A DNA stretch of 64,000 bases from an uncultured Candidatus Rokubacteria bacterium. Lineage in GTDB: Bacteria > Methylomirabilota > Methylomirabilia > Rokubacteriales > CSP1-6. Both the position numbers and the translations under genes were made by a program. The notes beneath the pieces were generated by a model, which saw only the letters and a program-made list of their open reading frames with translations, searched no databases and was not told the origin of the DNA. The DNA lies in contig CAVYTA010000006.1 of NCBI GenBank assembly GCA_963771355.1, positions 256,001 to 320,000 on the forward strand, written 5' to 3'. Below, piece by piece: positions 1-10,933 of this stretch (position 1 is its first letter; every line of letters begins with the position of its first letter).

Positions 1-749
1 ATGGGATAGGCGGTGGAATTGAGGAGGAAGGCGAGCCACATGGGCCCGTGCAGCGCGGGCGTTCGCCAGACGTGCAGGAGGCCCTCCTTGACGTCGCCGA
101 TCCGCGAGACCCCGGAGGCGGCGGACGCGGTGCCCTGGGCGGCGGCGCGCGGCATCGCCCCCGGGTCCGGCACGAAACGGCGGCGCGCCACGCCCAGGGT
201 CAGCGCGCCGCTGGCAAGGTAGAGCCCGGTGACCAGGACATAGGCGGGTCCGATGCCGAGGGCGGTGAAGAGTCCGGCGCCCACGAGCGCGCCCACCACG
301 CGCGCCGAGTCCATGGTGGCGCGGGACAGGCCCAGCGCCCCCATCAAGTGCGGCGCGGGGATCGTCTCGCCCACGAGGATGTTTCGCAGCACCTGATCAT
401 TGGGGCGGAGGATGCCGACCAGGGGGGCGACCGCGAATACCCAGGCGGGGGCCAGGTGCCCGGTCAGCGCGAGCAGCATCAGCAGCGCGGCGAGGCCGGC
501 ATAGCTCGTGCGCATCGTGGTGAGCATGACCCGGGCTCCGAGCCGATCGCTCAGCGCGCCGAACATGGGCGCGGCGAGGGTGCCCAGGAAGTACAGCGAG
601 CCGAAGATCGTGAGGAGCAGCACGGAGCCGGTCTGCACCAGCACGTACCACGAGAGGATGACCGTCTCCATCTCGAAGGCCAGCGAGGTGAGAAGGTCCG
701 CCGGCCACTGGAAGCGGTAGCTGCGGACGCGGAACGGGGCCAGGATCAA
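1..749 (-). CDS. MFS transporter (runs off the window start)
   Basis: Manual translation from TTG at 749 gives MILAPFRVRSYRFQWPADLLTSLAFEMETVILSWYVLVQTGS...GALSDRLGAR (MFS motif A) with hydrophobic helices. Not in the ORF track because its stop lies outside the window. Confidence 0.8.
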   Translation of the reverse strand, partial: MILAPFRVRSYRFQWPADLLTSLAFEMETVILSWYVLVQTGSVLLLTIFGSLYFLGTLAAPMFGALSDRLGARVMLTTMRTSYAGLAALLMLLALTGHLAPAWVFAVAPLVGILRPNDQVLRNILVGETIPAPHLMGALGLSRATMDSARVVGALVGAGLFTALGIGPAYVLVTGLYLASGALTLGVARRRFVPDPGAMPRAAAQGTASAASGVSRIGDVKEGLLHVWRTPALHGPMWLAFLLNSTAYP

Positions 750-837
750 GGGACGTCGGTGTCCTCGCGGGGCATTCTAGCAACTGGTTGCGGCGCCGGC
801 TCGGTTGGAGTAGAAGCCTCTAGAGGGAGGACCGGCC

Positions 838-1470
838 ATGGCCAAGGGGACGCTGATTGCCGCGATGAACTTCGCGAACGCCGCGGAGGACGAGTTCCAC
901 GACTGGTACGACACCGAGCATCTGCCCGAGCGGCAGCGGGTGCCGGGGTTCCTGGTCTGCGAGCGCTGGATCGGGGTGGGCGAAGGCAAGATCTCGCTGG
1001 CCACCTACGATCTGGAGCAAGTCGCGGTCATGAAGAGTCCGGCCTATCTCGCGGTGGCCCATGACAATCTCTCCCCCTGGTCCAAGCGCGTCACCGCGCG
1101 CATCGAGCTCCTGATGCGCTTCGAGGGGGATCAGATCCTGCCCGGCGATCAGCTGCCGCCCCGGCCGGCGGGCGGGCTCCTGCTCAACGCCATGAACATC
1201 GCGCCCGAGCTCGAGGCCGAGTTCAACGAGTGGTACGACAAGGAGCATATCCCGGCGCTGGCCGCCGTCCCCGGCGTCCTGGCCGCCCGCCGGTTCCGGG
1301 GCGTGGTCGGCAACCGCAAGTACGTGGCCCTCTATCACCTCACCACCCCGGATGTGGTGGAATCCCCGGAGTGGAAAGAGGCGCGGCAGAGTGACTGGAC
1401 CACCCGCCTCACCCCGCATTTCCGCGATCACCTGCGCCTGGTCACCCGCCGCTACGTGCGCGGCGGCTAG
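838..1470 (+). CDS. DUF4286/EthD-like protein with two dimeric alpha-beta barrel domains
   Basis: Duplicated motif EFHDWYDTEHLPER / EFNEWYDKEHIPAL; RBS GGAGG upstream. Confidence 0.7.
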   Translation: MAKGTLIAAMNFANAAEDEFHDWYDTEHLPERQRVPGFLVCERWIGVGEGKISLATYDLEQVAVMKSPAYLAVAHDNLSPWSKRVTARIELLMRFEGDQILPGDQLPPRPAGGLLLNAMNIAPELEAEFNEWYDKEHIPALAAVPGVLAARRFRGVVGNRKYVALYHLTTPDVVESPEWKEARQSDWTTRLTPHFRDHLRLVTRRYVRGG

Positions 1471-1481
1471 GGGAGCCCGCG

Positions 1482-1988
1482 ATGGAGTTCCAGCTGCGGA
1501 AGATCGGGCATGTCGTGCTGAATGTGACCGATCTGGAGACGTCGCTGCGCTTTTACACCGAGGTGCTGGGCCTCCAGGTCAGCGATCGCTACCCGGACAC
1601 CATGGTGCCGGGCGGCATGATCTTTCTCCGCTGCAACACCGACCACCACGGCGTGGCCCTCGTCGGCGGGGCCGCGATGAGCGAGCGCAGCAGCCTCAAT
1701 CACTTCGCCTTCGAGGTAGGCTCGGTGGACGAGGTGTTCCGCGCGCGGGCCTGGCTGCGGAAGCACGACGTGCCCATCGTCTTCGAGGGCCGCCGGCGTG
1801 CTGGGTGCCAGATTGCCCTGGAATTCCGGGACCCTGACGGCAACAACCTCGAGATCTACTGGAATATCGACCAGATCGGGACCGAGGGGACGGCGCGCCC
1901 CGCGGCCGAGTGGCGCCAGGCCAAGACCCTGGAGGATGCGGTCGCCAATCCCGTGAAGGGCCAGCAGCTTCCCACCCGGATCGCCTGA
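1482..1988 (+). CDS. VOC/glyoxalase (extradiol dioxygenase-like) family protein
   Basis: IGHVVLNV, DHHGVAL, LNHFAFEV and FRDPDGNNLEIY motifs. Confidence 0.85.
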   Translation: MEFQLRKIGHVVLNVTDLETSLRFYTEVLGLQVSDRYPDTMVPGGMIFLRCNTDHHGVALVGGAAMSERSSLNHFAFEVGSVDEVFRARAWLRKHDVPIVFEGRRRAGCQIALEFRDPDGNNLEIYWNIDQIGTEGTARPAAEWRQAKTLEDAVANPVKGQQLPTRIA

Positions 1989-2004
1989 GCGGAGACCTCC
2001 AGCC

Positions 2005-3192
2005 ATGGTCGAGAATCGCTCCCTGCCGCTCGCCCGCTACACGGTGCTCGACCTCACGCGCGCGCGCGCGGGCCCCACCTGCGTGCGCCAGCTCGTGGAC
2101 TGGGGAGCGCGCGCCATCAAGATCGAGATGCCGGGCGGCCGCTCGGGCGACGGCATGGGCGGTAACCGCCACGGCTTCGACTTCCAGAATCTCCACCGCG
2201 GCAAGCAGGCGCTGACACTCAACCTCCGCGAGCCGGAGGGCGTGGCGGTCTTCAAGAAGCTGGTGAAGGCCGCCGACGTCGTGGTGGAAAACTACCGGCC
2301 CGACGTGAAGCGGCGCCTCGGCATCGACTACGAGAGCTTGCGTCCGCTCAACCCCCGGCTGATCTATGGGAGCATCTCGGGCTTCGGGCAGAGCGGGCCG
2401 TATCGCGACCGGCCGGGCGTGGACCAGATCGCGCAGGGGATGGGCGGGCTCATGTCCATCACCGGGATCCCGGGGCAGGGGCCCGTGCGCGTGGGCATTC
2501 CCATCGCCGATCTCTGCTCGGGCATCCTGCTCGCCCAGGGCATCCTGGTGGCGCTGATCGAGCGGGAGACCACCGGCGAGGGGAAATGGGTGCACACCTC
2601 GCTGCTGGAGGCCATGCTCTCCATGCTGGACTTCCAGGCCTCCCGCTGGCTGATGAGCGGCGAGGTGCCGCCCCAGGCGGGCAATAACCATCCCACCGGC
2701 ATTCCCACCGGCGTCTTCGAGACGCGCGACGGCCACATCAATATCGCCGCCGCCGGCGACGAGATCTACGAGCGGTTCTGCAAGGCCATCGAGCGCCCGG
2801 ATCTCCTCTCCGATCCGCGCTTCGCCACGTCGCGCGCCCGCTCGGACCATCGGGACACTCTCATGGAGGTGCTCATGCCGGTGACCCGGCAGAAGGCAAG
2901 CGCCGACTGGGTGGCCCTCCTCAACAAGGCGGGCGTCCCGTGCGGGCCGATCTACCGGATCGACGAGGCGTTCGCCGATCCGCAGGTACGCCATCTCGAG
3001 ATGGCCCAGCCCGTCCACTCGCCGGCGCTGGGCGATCTCACCATCCTCGGTCACCCCGTCTCGCATGGAGCCAAGCGCCTGCCCATCATGGGTCCGGCGC
3101 CCGAGCTGGGGCAGGACAACGAGGACATCCTCACCGCGCTCGGCTATACCAAGGACCAGATCGCCGACCTCGCCCACCGCGGCATCGTCTGA
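2005..3192 (+). CDS. CaiB/BaiF class III CoA-transferase
   Basis: VLDLTRARAGP, ADVVVENYRP, SISGFGQSGPY and APELGQDN motifs. Confidence 0.9.
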   Translation: MVENRSLPLARYTVLDLTRARAGPTCVRQLVDWGARAIKIEMPGGRSGDGMGGNRHGFDFQNLHRGKQALTLNLREPEGVAVFKKLVKAADVVVENYRPDVKRRLGIDYESLRPLNPRLIYGSISGFGQSGPYRDRPGVDQIAQGMGGLMSITGIPGQGPVRVGIPIADLCSGILLAQGILVALIERETTGEGKWVHTSLLEAMLSMLDFQASRWLMSGEVPPQAGNNHPTGIPTGVFETRDGHINIAAAGDEIYERFCKAIERPDLLSDPRFATSRARSDHRDTLMEVLMPVTRQKASADWVALLNKAGVPCGPIYRIDEAFADPQVRHLEMAQPVHSPALGDLTILGHPVSHGAKRLPIMGPAPELGQDNEDILTALGYTKDQIADLAHRGIV

Positions 3193-3211
3193 CGAGAGGA
3201 CTCCGACCCCC

Positions 3212-4222
3212 ATGCCCGATCAGCCCTACCAGGTGTATGTCGTCCAGGGACGCGGCGCCCGCGACTACTCGGACTGCCAGGCCGCGCTGGCCGAGGTGCC
3301 CGCCCACATGACCGCGCTGCCTTTCATCGGCACCGAGGACGAGATGATTTCCCGTACCCGGGATGCCGACGCGCTGGTGATCTCGTCCTCACCGGTCACC
3401 CGCGGCGTGATGGGGGCGCTGGAGGGGCTCAAGGTGGTGGCGCGCACGGGGGTGGGCTATGACGTCATCGACGTGCCCGCGGCCACCGAGCTGGGGGTGA
3501 TCGTCGTCAACATCCCCGACATCTGGGTCCGCGAGGTCGCCAATCACGCGCTCGCCCTGATGCTGGCCTGGAACCGGAAGATCGTCACGCTGGACCGGCA
3601 GGTGCATGCCGGCGTCTGGTCCGCGGGGGTGCCCGGCGAGCGCACCGGCTCCCTGCACGGCGAGACGGTCGGCATCGTGGGCCTGGGCAATATCGGCAGC
3701 GCCTTCGCCCGGCGCGTGGCCGCCTTCGAGACGAAAGTGATCGCGCACGATCCCTACGTGGACGACGCGCGCTTCGCCGCGCTGGGCGTGGAGCGGGTGA
3801 CGCTCGAGGCGCTGGCCGAGCGCGCCGACTATGTCTCGGTGCACACGCTCCTCAACGCCGAGACCCATCACCTCATCGGCGAGGCTTTCTTCCGCCGCAT
3901 GAAGCCGACGGCCATTCTCATCAATACTTCGCGCGGCCCGGTGGTGGACGAGGCGGCCCTGGCGAAGGCGCTCGCCGAGAAGCGGCTGGCCGGCGCCGCG
4001 CTGGACGTGTGGGAGCGGGAGCCGGTGGCCGCCGACAACCCGCTCCTGCGGATGGACAATGTCCTCGCCACGCCGCACGCCGCCTACTTCTCGTCGCCGG
4101 CGGTGGCCCAGGTGCCGCGGCGGTGCGGGGAAGAGGTGGCGCGCGCGCTCCGCGGTCAGCGGCCCGTCAACGTGGTGAACCCGGAGGTCTACGCGCCAGG
4201 GGCGGTGCGCCGCGCCCGCTGA
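3212..4222 (+). CDS. D-2-hydroxyacid dehydrogenase (CtBP/SerA-like)
   Basis: GVGYDVID, GIVGLGNIG, INTSRG, AALDVWEREP and TPHAA; ATG at 3212 follows GAGG. Confidence 0.9.
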   Translation: MPDQPYQVYVVQGRGARDYSDCQAALAEVPAHMTALPFIGTEDEMISRTRDADALVISSSPVTRGVMGALEGLKVVARTGVGYDVIDVPAATELGVIVVNIPDIWVREVANHALALMLAWNRKIVTLDRQVHAGVWSAGVPGERTGSLHGETVGIVGLGNIGSAFARRVAAFETKVIAHDPYVDDARFAALGVERVTLEALAERADYVSVHTLLNAETHHLIGEAFFRRMKPTAILINTSRGPVVDEAALAKALAEKRLAGAALDVWEREPVAADNPLLRMDNVLATPHAAYFSSPAVAQVPRRCGEEVARALRGQRPVNVVNPEVYAPGAVRRAR

Positions 4223-4223
4223 G

Positions 4224-4682
4224 TCAGCGCGTCCCCGCCGGCGTGGACGTGGCGGGGCCCATGCCCCAGACCTGGATCACCGTCTCCTCGTCCTTGGCGC
4301 CGTCGTAGTGCACCTTGCCCCCGTAGTGGATGACGTAGCTCCCCGCCGGCGCGGGCACGGTGCTCGCGGGGTCGAAGGTCTCGCCGGTGCCCATCCACCA
4401 GGTCCCCGAAATCACCACGAAGAAGCGGTCGTTGGGGTGGAAGTGCGGCCGGCTCATATTGCCGGGCAGCCACTTGAGGCGCACCACATAAGGCCCGGGC
4501 TTGCTGGGGTCGCCGAACAGCACCGCCTGCTCATTGGTGCCCGCCGCGTTGCGCACCCACTTGATCTCGGCCGGCGTCTTGAAGTCCACCGCGGAGCGGT
4601 CGAGATCGGCCCCGTACGCGGCTGGGCCCAGGGGCAAGAGGGCGAGAGCGACGAGGAAGAGTAGCCGGGTCGGGACGTTCAT
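4224..4682 (-). CDS. Secreted cupin-domain protein
   Basis: Signal peptide; PHFHPNDR...VISGTW and HYDGA cupin motifs. Confidence 0.8.
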   Translation of the reverse strand: MNVPTRLLFLVALALLPLGPAAYGADLDRSAVDFKTPAEIKWVRNAAGTNEQAVLFGDPSKPGPYVVRLKWLPGNMSRPHFHPNDRFFVVISGTWWMGTGETFDPASTVPAPAGSYVIHYGGKVHYDGAKDEETVIQVWGMGPATSTPAGTR

Positions 4683-4753
4683 GAGCTCTCCTTTTATGTT
4701 ACGCTGCGCGCGCTCGCCGGAGATCCGGCCACTCCATATCATGAGGTGAGATC

Positions 4754-5521
4754 GTGCGACCGAACAAGATGAAGCAGATCTGGCGCGAGGGACGGTGGAT
4801 CAGCATGGGCTGGCTCTCGATCTCCCACGGCTTCACCGCGGAGATCATGGCCCGCCAGGGCTTCGACGCCCTGGTGGTGGACATGCAGCACGGGCTCACC
4901 GACATGAACGATGTGTGGCCCATGCTCCAGGCGATCTCGCAGACCGACACCGTGCCGGTGGTGCGCGTGCCGTGGAACGACCCGGCCACCATCATGAAGG
5001 CGCTGGACTTCGGCGCCTACGGCATCCTCGTGCCGCTGATCAATACCGCCGAGGACGCGGCGAAGGCGGTGGCCGCGTGCCGCTATCCGCCGGTGGGCAT
5101 GCGCTCCTCCGGACCGGTGCGCGCCGTGCACTACGGGGGTCCCGACTACCTGGCCAAGGCCAATGACGAGATCGTGGTCATGGGGATGATCGAGACCAAG
5201 GAAGGCCTCGCCAACCTGGACGCGATCTGCGCCACCCCCGGCCTCGACGCTGTCTACATCGGCCCGTCCGACCTGGCCTTCGCGCTCGGCATGAATCCGC
5301 GCCCCGACAACCCCGACCCGGTGCACATGGCGACCTGCGACAAGATTCGCGACGCGGCCCACAAGCACGGCATCAAGGTTTGCATGCACTGCGCCAGCGG
5401 TACCTTCGCGGCGGGGGCGGTGAAGCGCGGCTACGACCTCGTCATGGTGACCTCGGAGCTGGCGTCCATGATGGCGGGCGTGCGCCGCCACCTGGACGAC
5501 CTCAAGGCGGGGACGACCTAG
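4754..5521 (+). CDS. HpcH/HpaI aldolase family protein
   Basis: VDMQHG, VVRVPWND, MIETKEG and YIGPSDL motifs. Confidence 0.9.
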   Translation: MRPNKMKQIWREGRWISMGWLSISHGFTAEIMARQGFDALVVDMQHGLTDMNDVWPMLQAISQTDTVPVVRVPWNDPATIMKALDFGAYGILVPLINTAEDAAKAVAACRYPPVGMRSSGPVRAVHYGGPDYLAKANDEIVVMGMIETKEGLANLDAICATPGLDAVYIGPSDLAFALGMNPRPDNPDPVHMATCDKIRDAAHKHGIKVCMHCASGTFAAGAVKRGYDLVMVTSELASMMAGVRRHLDDLKAGTT

Positions 5522-5531
5522 GGCGTGGCCC

Positions 5532-8500
5532 TCACGGCCGCCGATATCGCCAGAGGTCGCTGATGCCCCCCGAGGAGGTCCCCGGGACGCCGTAACTGGA
5601 GCGCGAGCTCAACCCCACGCAGTAGACGGAATCGGGGTCACACGCGAAGGTCCACCAGGCGAGGTTCGGAGCCCCCGGCATGGCCAGCCAGGCCCAGGTG
5701 CCCCCGTCATCATCGTTCTGAATCCAGGCGCCGGTGGCGAGCATGAGCCACGTCTGACCCGGCAGCCGCGTGACGAGGCGGGCGCGCGTATCGTCCGTGG
5801 CAAACACCTGGTCGTATTGCGGCGTCCCGGGCACCCAGGATTGGTCCCAGACGGGCGGCGCTTCCGAGTCCAAGTTGAAGCGCCAGATGCGGTTCCGGGG
5901 ATTGCTCGTGGTGGTCGAGCTCGGCGTGACCACGAGAATGGCCTCACGCCGCTCCTTCGCGTACATCGCGGTGATGAGGTTATAGGCCCAGTTCCAGTTC
6001 AGTGTCGACGGCCAGGCCCGGACGAACCGCTTCACGATGACGGCGCCGCTGGCGTCGAAGCGGTACTCGTAGATCCCGCGCGCGGCTCCGTTGCCCGAAG
6101 TGCTGACGAAGAGCCATACGCTATCGCGCACGTCGTCGAAGATGATCCCGCCGGCCGAGCCCCAGACCACTTCGGACACGTCCTTATTGGTCCCCGCGAG
6201 GATGGTCCACTCCCCTTCGGGCTTTCCAGCCGTCGGGAAGGTGTACGCCTGGAGTCCATTGCCGTTGATCACGAGATAGCGGCCCCGGATGGAGTCCCAG
6301 GCGTGGTTCATGTACATGTGCTGAACCCACGGCTTGCCGGTGGGTGATAGCCCCCCCGTCATCACCGCGCCGCCTCTGATACCGCGCCAGATCGAGTTGG
6401 GCGTCCCGTCCGGGTTGTAGGCGGGCGGGCATTCGGCGACGAAGGGGTAGGTCCGCGCGGCGTTCACATAGTCGATGGTCTGGAGATCATTGCCCGGGTG
6501 CCCGGCGTGGCCGCCGCCCATCACCAGGAGGTCGCCATTGGCGATCAGGACCCCGGAGTAGGACCGGAAGATCCCCGCCCCGTTTGTTTGGATCGGGCGC
6601 GGGCAGTTCGTGTAGGCGGCGCCCGGCTGGCCCTCGGTGAGGTTTTGGTCTCCGCCGAGGAGCGGCTGATAGATGTTCTGCGTGGGGAAGACGAGCTTCT
6701 GCCAGGTCCCCGGCGCTTGCTCCCCGGGGGGCGGGGGAGGCGCCGGGGTAACGGTGAGGGTGAGCCGACGGCTGACGCCGTCGGCGAGCAAGTCATAGTT
6801 GGTCGTGGTCGTCGGCGAGACCGTGAGTGCGCCGTCCACGGAGACCGTGGCGCCATTCAGCGTGACCGTCGTCGCGTTGGACGTTTGCCAGCTCAAGGTG
6901 GCTGATTGCCCCACCGCGATTGTCGTGGGCACGGCCGTGAAACTGTCGATGCTGGCAGCCGGCGGGGGGGAGGCGGCTGTGTCACGGTGAGGATGAGCCG
7001 AAGGCTGACGCCGTCGGCGAGCAAGTCATAGTTGGTCGTGGTCGCCGGCGCGACCGTGAGCGTGCCGTCCGCGGGGACGGTGGCCCCATTCAGCGTGACC
7101 GTCGTCGCGTTGGACGTTTCCCAGGTCAAGGTGGCCGATTGCCCCACCGTGATCGTCGGGGGTACGGCCGTGAAACGGTCGATGGTGACTGTCGGCGGCG
7201 GCGGCGGGGGAGGCGGCTGAGTCACGGTGAGGGTGAGCCGACGGCTGACGCCGTCGGCGAGCAAGTCATAGCTGGTCGTGGTCGCCGGCGCGACGGTGAG
7301 CGTGCCGTCCGCAGGCACCATGGCGCCATTCAGCGTGACTGTCGTCGCGTTGGACGTTTCCCAGGTCAAGGTGGCCGATTGCCCCACCGAGATCGTCGTG
7401 GGCACGACCGTGAAACTGTCGATGGTGACGGTCGGCGGCGGGGGCGGCGCGGTAACGGTGAGGGTGAGGCGGCGGCTCACGCCATCGGCGAGCAAGTCAT
7501 AGTCGGTGGTGATCGTCGGCGCGACGATGAGCGCCCCGTCCGCAGGGACGGTGACGCCATTCAGCGTGACCGCGGTCGCATTGGACGTCTCCCAGCTCAA
7601 GGTGGCCGATTGCCCGGCCGTGATCGTCGTGGGTATGGCCGTGAAGCTGTCGATGGTGACGGTCGGCGGCGGGGGCGGCTGGGTAACGGTGAGAGTGATG
7701 CGACCGCTTACGCTGTCGGCGAGCAAGTCATAGTCGGTGGTGGTCGTCGGCGCGACGATGAGCGCCCCGTCCGCAGGGACGGGGACGCCATTCAGCGTGA
7801 CCGCGGCCGCGTTGGACGTCTCCCAGGTCAAGGTGGCCGACTCCCCCGCCGTGATCGTCGTGGGCGTGGCCGTGAAACTGTCGATGGTGACGGTCGGCGG
7901 CGGGGGCGGCGGCTGGGTAACGGTGAGGGTGATGCGACCGCTGACGCCGTCGGCGAGCAATTCATAGTCGGTGGTGGCCGTCGGCGAGACGGTGAGTGTC
8001 CCGTCCGCGGGGACGGGGACGCCATTCAGCGTGACCGCGGCCGCGTTGGACGTCTGCCAGGTCAAGGTGGCCGATTCCCCCGCCGTGATCGTCGTGGGTA
8101 TGGCCGTGAAACTGTCGATGGTGACGGTCGGCGGCGGGGGCGGCGGGGGCTGGGTAACGGTGACGGTGACGCGACCGCTCACGCTGTCGGCGAGCAAGTC
8201 ATAGTCGGTGGTGGTCGTCGGCGCGACGGTGAGCGTGCCGTCTGCAGGGACCGGGACGCCGTTCAGCGTGACCGCGGCCGCGTTGGACGTTTCCCAGGTC
8301 AAGGTGGCCGATTCCCCCAGCGTGATCGTCGTGGGCGTGGCCGTGAAACGGTCGATACTGACGGTCCGCGGCGGGGATGAAGTGACCTGCAGGAATTCCT
8401 GTGGCGAGTACCCGTCCACGCCCGTGTCGTAGTTGATCTGCCACCAATGGAACCCCCCGACCAGCGCGCCGGTACCCCCGACGATCGTTCCCGTCGCGCC

Positions 8501-8668
8501 GCCGGGCTGCGTACCTACAGTCGAAGCGGAGTTCGGCGCGCTCCGCACCTTCAACTTCTTCGTATTGATCACCGTGACGCGCGCCCCGATCTCGAACCCC
8601 GTCTGCGCCCACGTGGGAGGGGCCAGGAGGAGCACCAGACTGAGCGCGAGCAGCCGCCGAGCACTCAC
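5532..8668 (-). CDS. Large secreted protein: signal peptide, SH3b-like domain, 7 Ig/PKD-like repeats and a C-terminal probable beta-propeller; frameshifted at G7 (6964-6970)
   Basis: ORFs 6893..8668 and 5532..6932 continue the same repeat series in different frames; the break lies in the poly-Pro linker homopolymer. Confidence 0.75.
6745..8365 (-). repeat. Seven tandem ~230-245 bp coding repeats (IDSFTAxPTTITxGxSATLTWETSNA...YDLLADGVS) separated by poly-Pro linkers
   Basis: Visible directly in DNA and protein; boundaries approximate. Confidence 0.9.
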
Positions 8669-8953
8669 TCGATGGCGGCGACTGCCGCGTAGATCTCGCC
8701 CGCCGCTAAGGAGGCGAAGATCGGAGAATGTCGGACACCCTTACTTCCGTATTGCGACCCGATGGCAGCGTAGGCTGGCTTCGCAGCTCGTCTCCCGGCG
8801 TCACCCGGATGAAGCAGGGACACCGGTGCCAATGTGCAGGGATTGCTTGGCCACTTTGATTTGCCGGAGACTTTATCGCGGGCGTGGCCTGGACGTAAAG
8901 GAGATTCTCCAAGTATTCGATAAAGTGGACCTTATCGGCGAAAAACAAGGCGC

Positions 8954-9562
8954 TCACCTCGGCGGGCGAGGAAGGTGGGCGAAGAAGTGCGCCACGTCCT
9001 GCAGGTCGTCGTCGCTCAGTCGCTGCAGCTCGGTAGCCATGGCCCCGGCATAGCCGATCCGCGACCCGCTCTTGTACTCCCGCATCGCCTTGAGGAGATA
9101 GTCCTCGCGCTGGTTGGCGAGCCGCGGCATCTGCTCGCGGCCGGAGAAGTCCGGGTTGTGGCAGACGCCGCACGGGTGCTGGCGAGTGACCGCCTGCCCC
9201 CGCGCGAAGCGGGCGGCATCAGGGGGATCCGGCGGAGGAGCGGGGGAGGGTAAGCGGGAGATGTAGCCCGCGAAGGCGCGAAGGTCGTCGTTGGTGAGCC
9301 CCTTGGCGGCTTCGACCATGGGGGCGTTGTTGCGCCGGCCGTCGCGAAAGAGGAAGAGCTGGGCCACCACGAAGAACGAGGGCTGCCCTCCGAGGGAGGG
9401 CGTGTCCGGCAAGACCGACTGCCCGGCGGGGCCATGACAGGCGTGGCACAGCTTGACGCGCTCCTCGAGCGGCTGGGCCATCCCCGGGGCCGCCATCGCC
9501 ATCACGGCCAGCCCCAGCAGCGCCGCCGTCAGCGCCACCGCGCGGGACGAGGGCGGGATCAC
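8954..9562 (-). CDS. Di-heme cytochrome c (c4/c553-like)
   Basis: Two CxxCH motifs (CHACH, CGVCH), PSLGGQ and PRLANQ, signal peptide; GTG start at 9562 inferred. Confidence 0.85.
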   Translation of the reverse strand: MIPPSSRAVALTAALLGLAVMAMAAPGMAQPLEERVKLCHACHGPAGQSVLPDTPSLGGQPSFFVVAQLFLFRDGRRNNAPMVEAAKGLTNDDLRAFAGYISRLPSPAPPPDPPDAARFARGQAVTRQHPCGVCHNPDFSGREQMPRLANQREDYLLKAMREYKSGSRIGYAGAMATELQRLSDDDLQDVAHFFAHLPRPPR

Positions 9563-9584
9563 CGCCCTCGCCCCGCCTGGCGGA

Positions 9585-10835
9585 TCACTTGCGATAGCTG
9601 ATGCGGTAGATGGCGCCGGCGTGGTCGTCGGAGACGAGCAGGGAGCCGTCCTTGAGGACGAGCACGTCCACCGGCCGGCCGAGATAGGCATTGTCCTCCA
9701 CGAGGCCGGTCAGGAAGGGCTCCACGCTCCTGACCGTCCCGTTGTCGTTGAGGAATACCGCCACCACGTCCGCCGCGTACTTCTTGGTGCGGTTCCACGG
9801 CCCGTGGCGCGCGACGAAGATGGCGTTGTGATACTTCTCCGGGAACATCTTGCCGGTGTAGAAGCGCATTCCGAGCGGCGCCGCGTGCGCGCCCAGGAGC
9901 ACGGCGGGCTTCACGTATTCCGCGCAGGACTTGCCCCAGCCGAACTCGGGGTCGGCGAAGTCGCCCTGATGGCAGTAGGGAAAGCCGAAGTGCTGCAGGC
10001 CGGGCTTGCTGAGGCGGTTCAGCTCGTCATTGGGTAGATCCTCCGACAGCCAGTCCCGCTGGTTGTCGGTGAACCAGAGCTCCTTCGTCTTGGGATGGAA
10101 GTCGAACCCCACCGTATTGCGCACGCCGCGCGCCACGACCTCCATGCCAGTGCCGTCGAGATTGATGCGCCGGATCTGCGCGTACTGATCCGACGGCTCG
10201 CAGATATTGCAGGGCGCCCCCACCGGGAGGTAGAGCTTGCCGTCGGGCCCGACCTTGATGAACTTCCAGCCGTGCGGGATGTCGCCGGGGAGCTGGTTGT
10301 AGACCATCACCGGGTCGCGCGGCTTGTCCAGCGTGTCCTCGATATTGTCGTAGCGCGTGATCTCCTTGGGCGTGGCCACGTAGAGCGAGCCCTTGTGGAA
10401 CTCGATGCCGTTGGGCAGCATCAGCTTCTCGGCCAGCGTCTTGACCTCGCGCTTTCCGCCCTTGTCCACGACGGCGTAGATCTTCCCGGCCACGAAGTTG
10501 GAGCTGACGAAGACCGTCCCCTTGTCGCCCTGACGCATCCCCCGGGCGTCGAGGATCTCCGACACCCATATTTCCGCCTTGAAGCCCGGCGGAAGCTTGA
10601 TCTTGCTGATGGGGAGCTTGTCGGCAGGCGTCGGAATGGGGAAGGGAGGCACCGGCGCCATTTGATTGCCGGGACCACCCTTGGGACGCCCGACGGCCCA
10701 GAAGGGCTCTTCTTCCTTGGGCGGCGGCTGCTGGGTGGGCGGTTGCTGCGCGACGGCCGGCCACGGGACGAGCCCGGCACAGGCAGCGGCCAGGGTGAGG
10801 GCCAATCTCCACCGCATCGTCGACGACCAAGTCAT
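9585..10835 (-). CDS. PQQ-dependent sugar/sorbosone dehydrogenase family protein
   Basis: GPDGKLY, GAPCNIC, GVRNTVGFDFHP, PNDELN and GRPVDV motifs; signal peptide. Confidence 0.85.
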   Translation of the reverse strand: MTWSSTMRWRLALTLAAACAGLVPWPAVAQQPPTQQPPPKEEEPFWAVGRPKGGPGNQMAPVPPFPIPTPADKLPISKIKLPPGFKAEIWVSEILDARGMRQGDKGTVFVSSNFVAGKIYAVVDKGGKREVKTLAEKLMLPNGIEFHKGSLYVATPKEITRYDNIEDTLDKPRDPVMVYNQLPGDIPHGWKFIKVGPDGKLYLPVGAPCNICEPSDQYAQIRRINLDGTGMEVVARGVRNTVGFDFHPKTKELWFTDNQRDWLSEDLPNDELNRLSKPGLQHFGFPYCHQGDFADPEFGWGKSCAEYVKPAVLLGAHAAPLGMRFYTGKMFPEKYHNAIFVARHGPWNRTKKYAADVVAVFLNDNGTVRSVEPFLTGLVEDNAYLGRPVDVLVLKDGSLLVSDDHAGAIYRISYRK

Positions 10836-10933
10836 GGCGGGCCTCCCGGTCAGCGAGCGTGATGAGTCTGGGCTGATCTGCCGCGGAGACTCTATCGCGC
10901 CCGCCGCCGGGACGCAAAGGAGAAGCTAGCGAG

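Noticed and set aside
6745..8365. Tandem repeats as a CRISPR array or non-coding repeat
   Set aside because: Units are ~235 bp, protein-coding and lack unique spacers; no cas genes are present.
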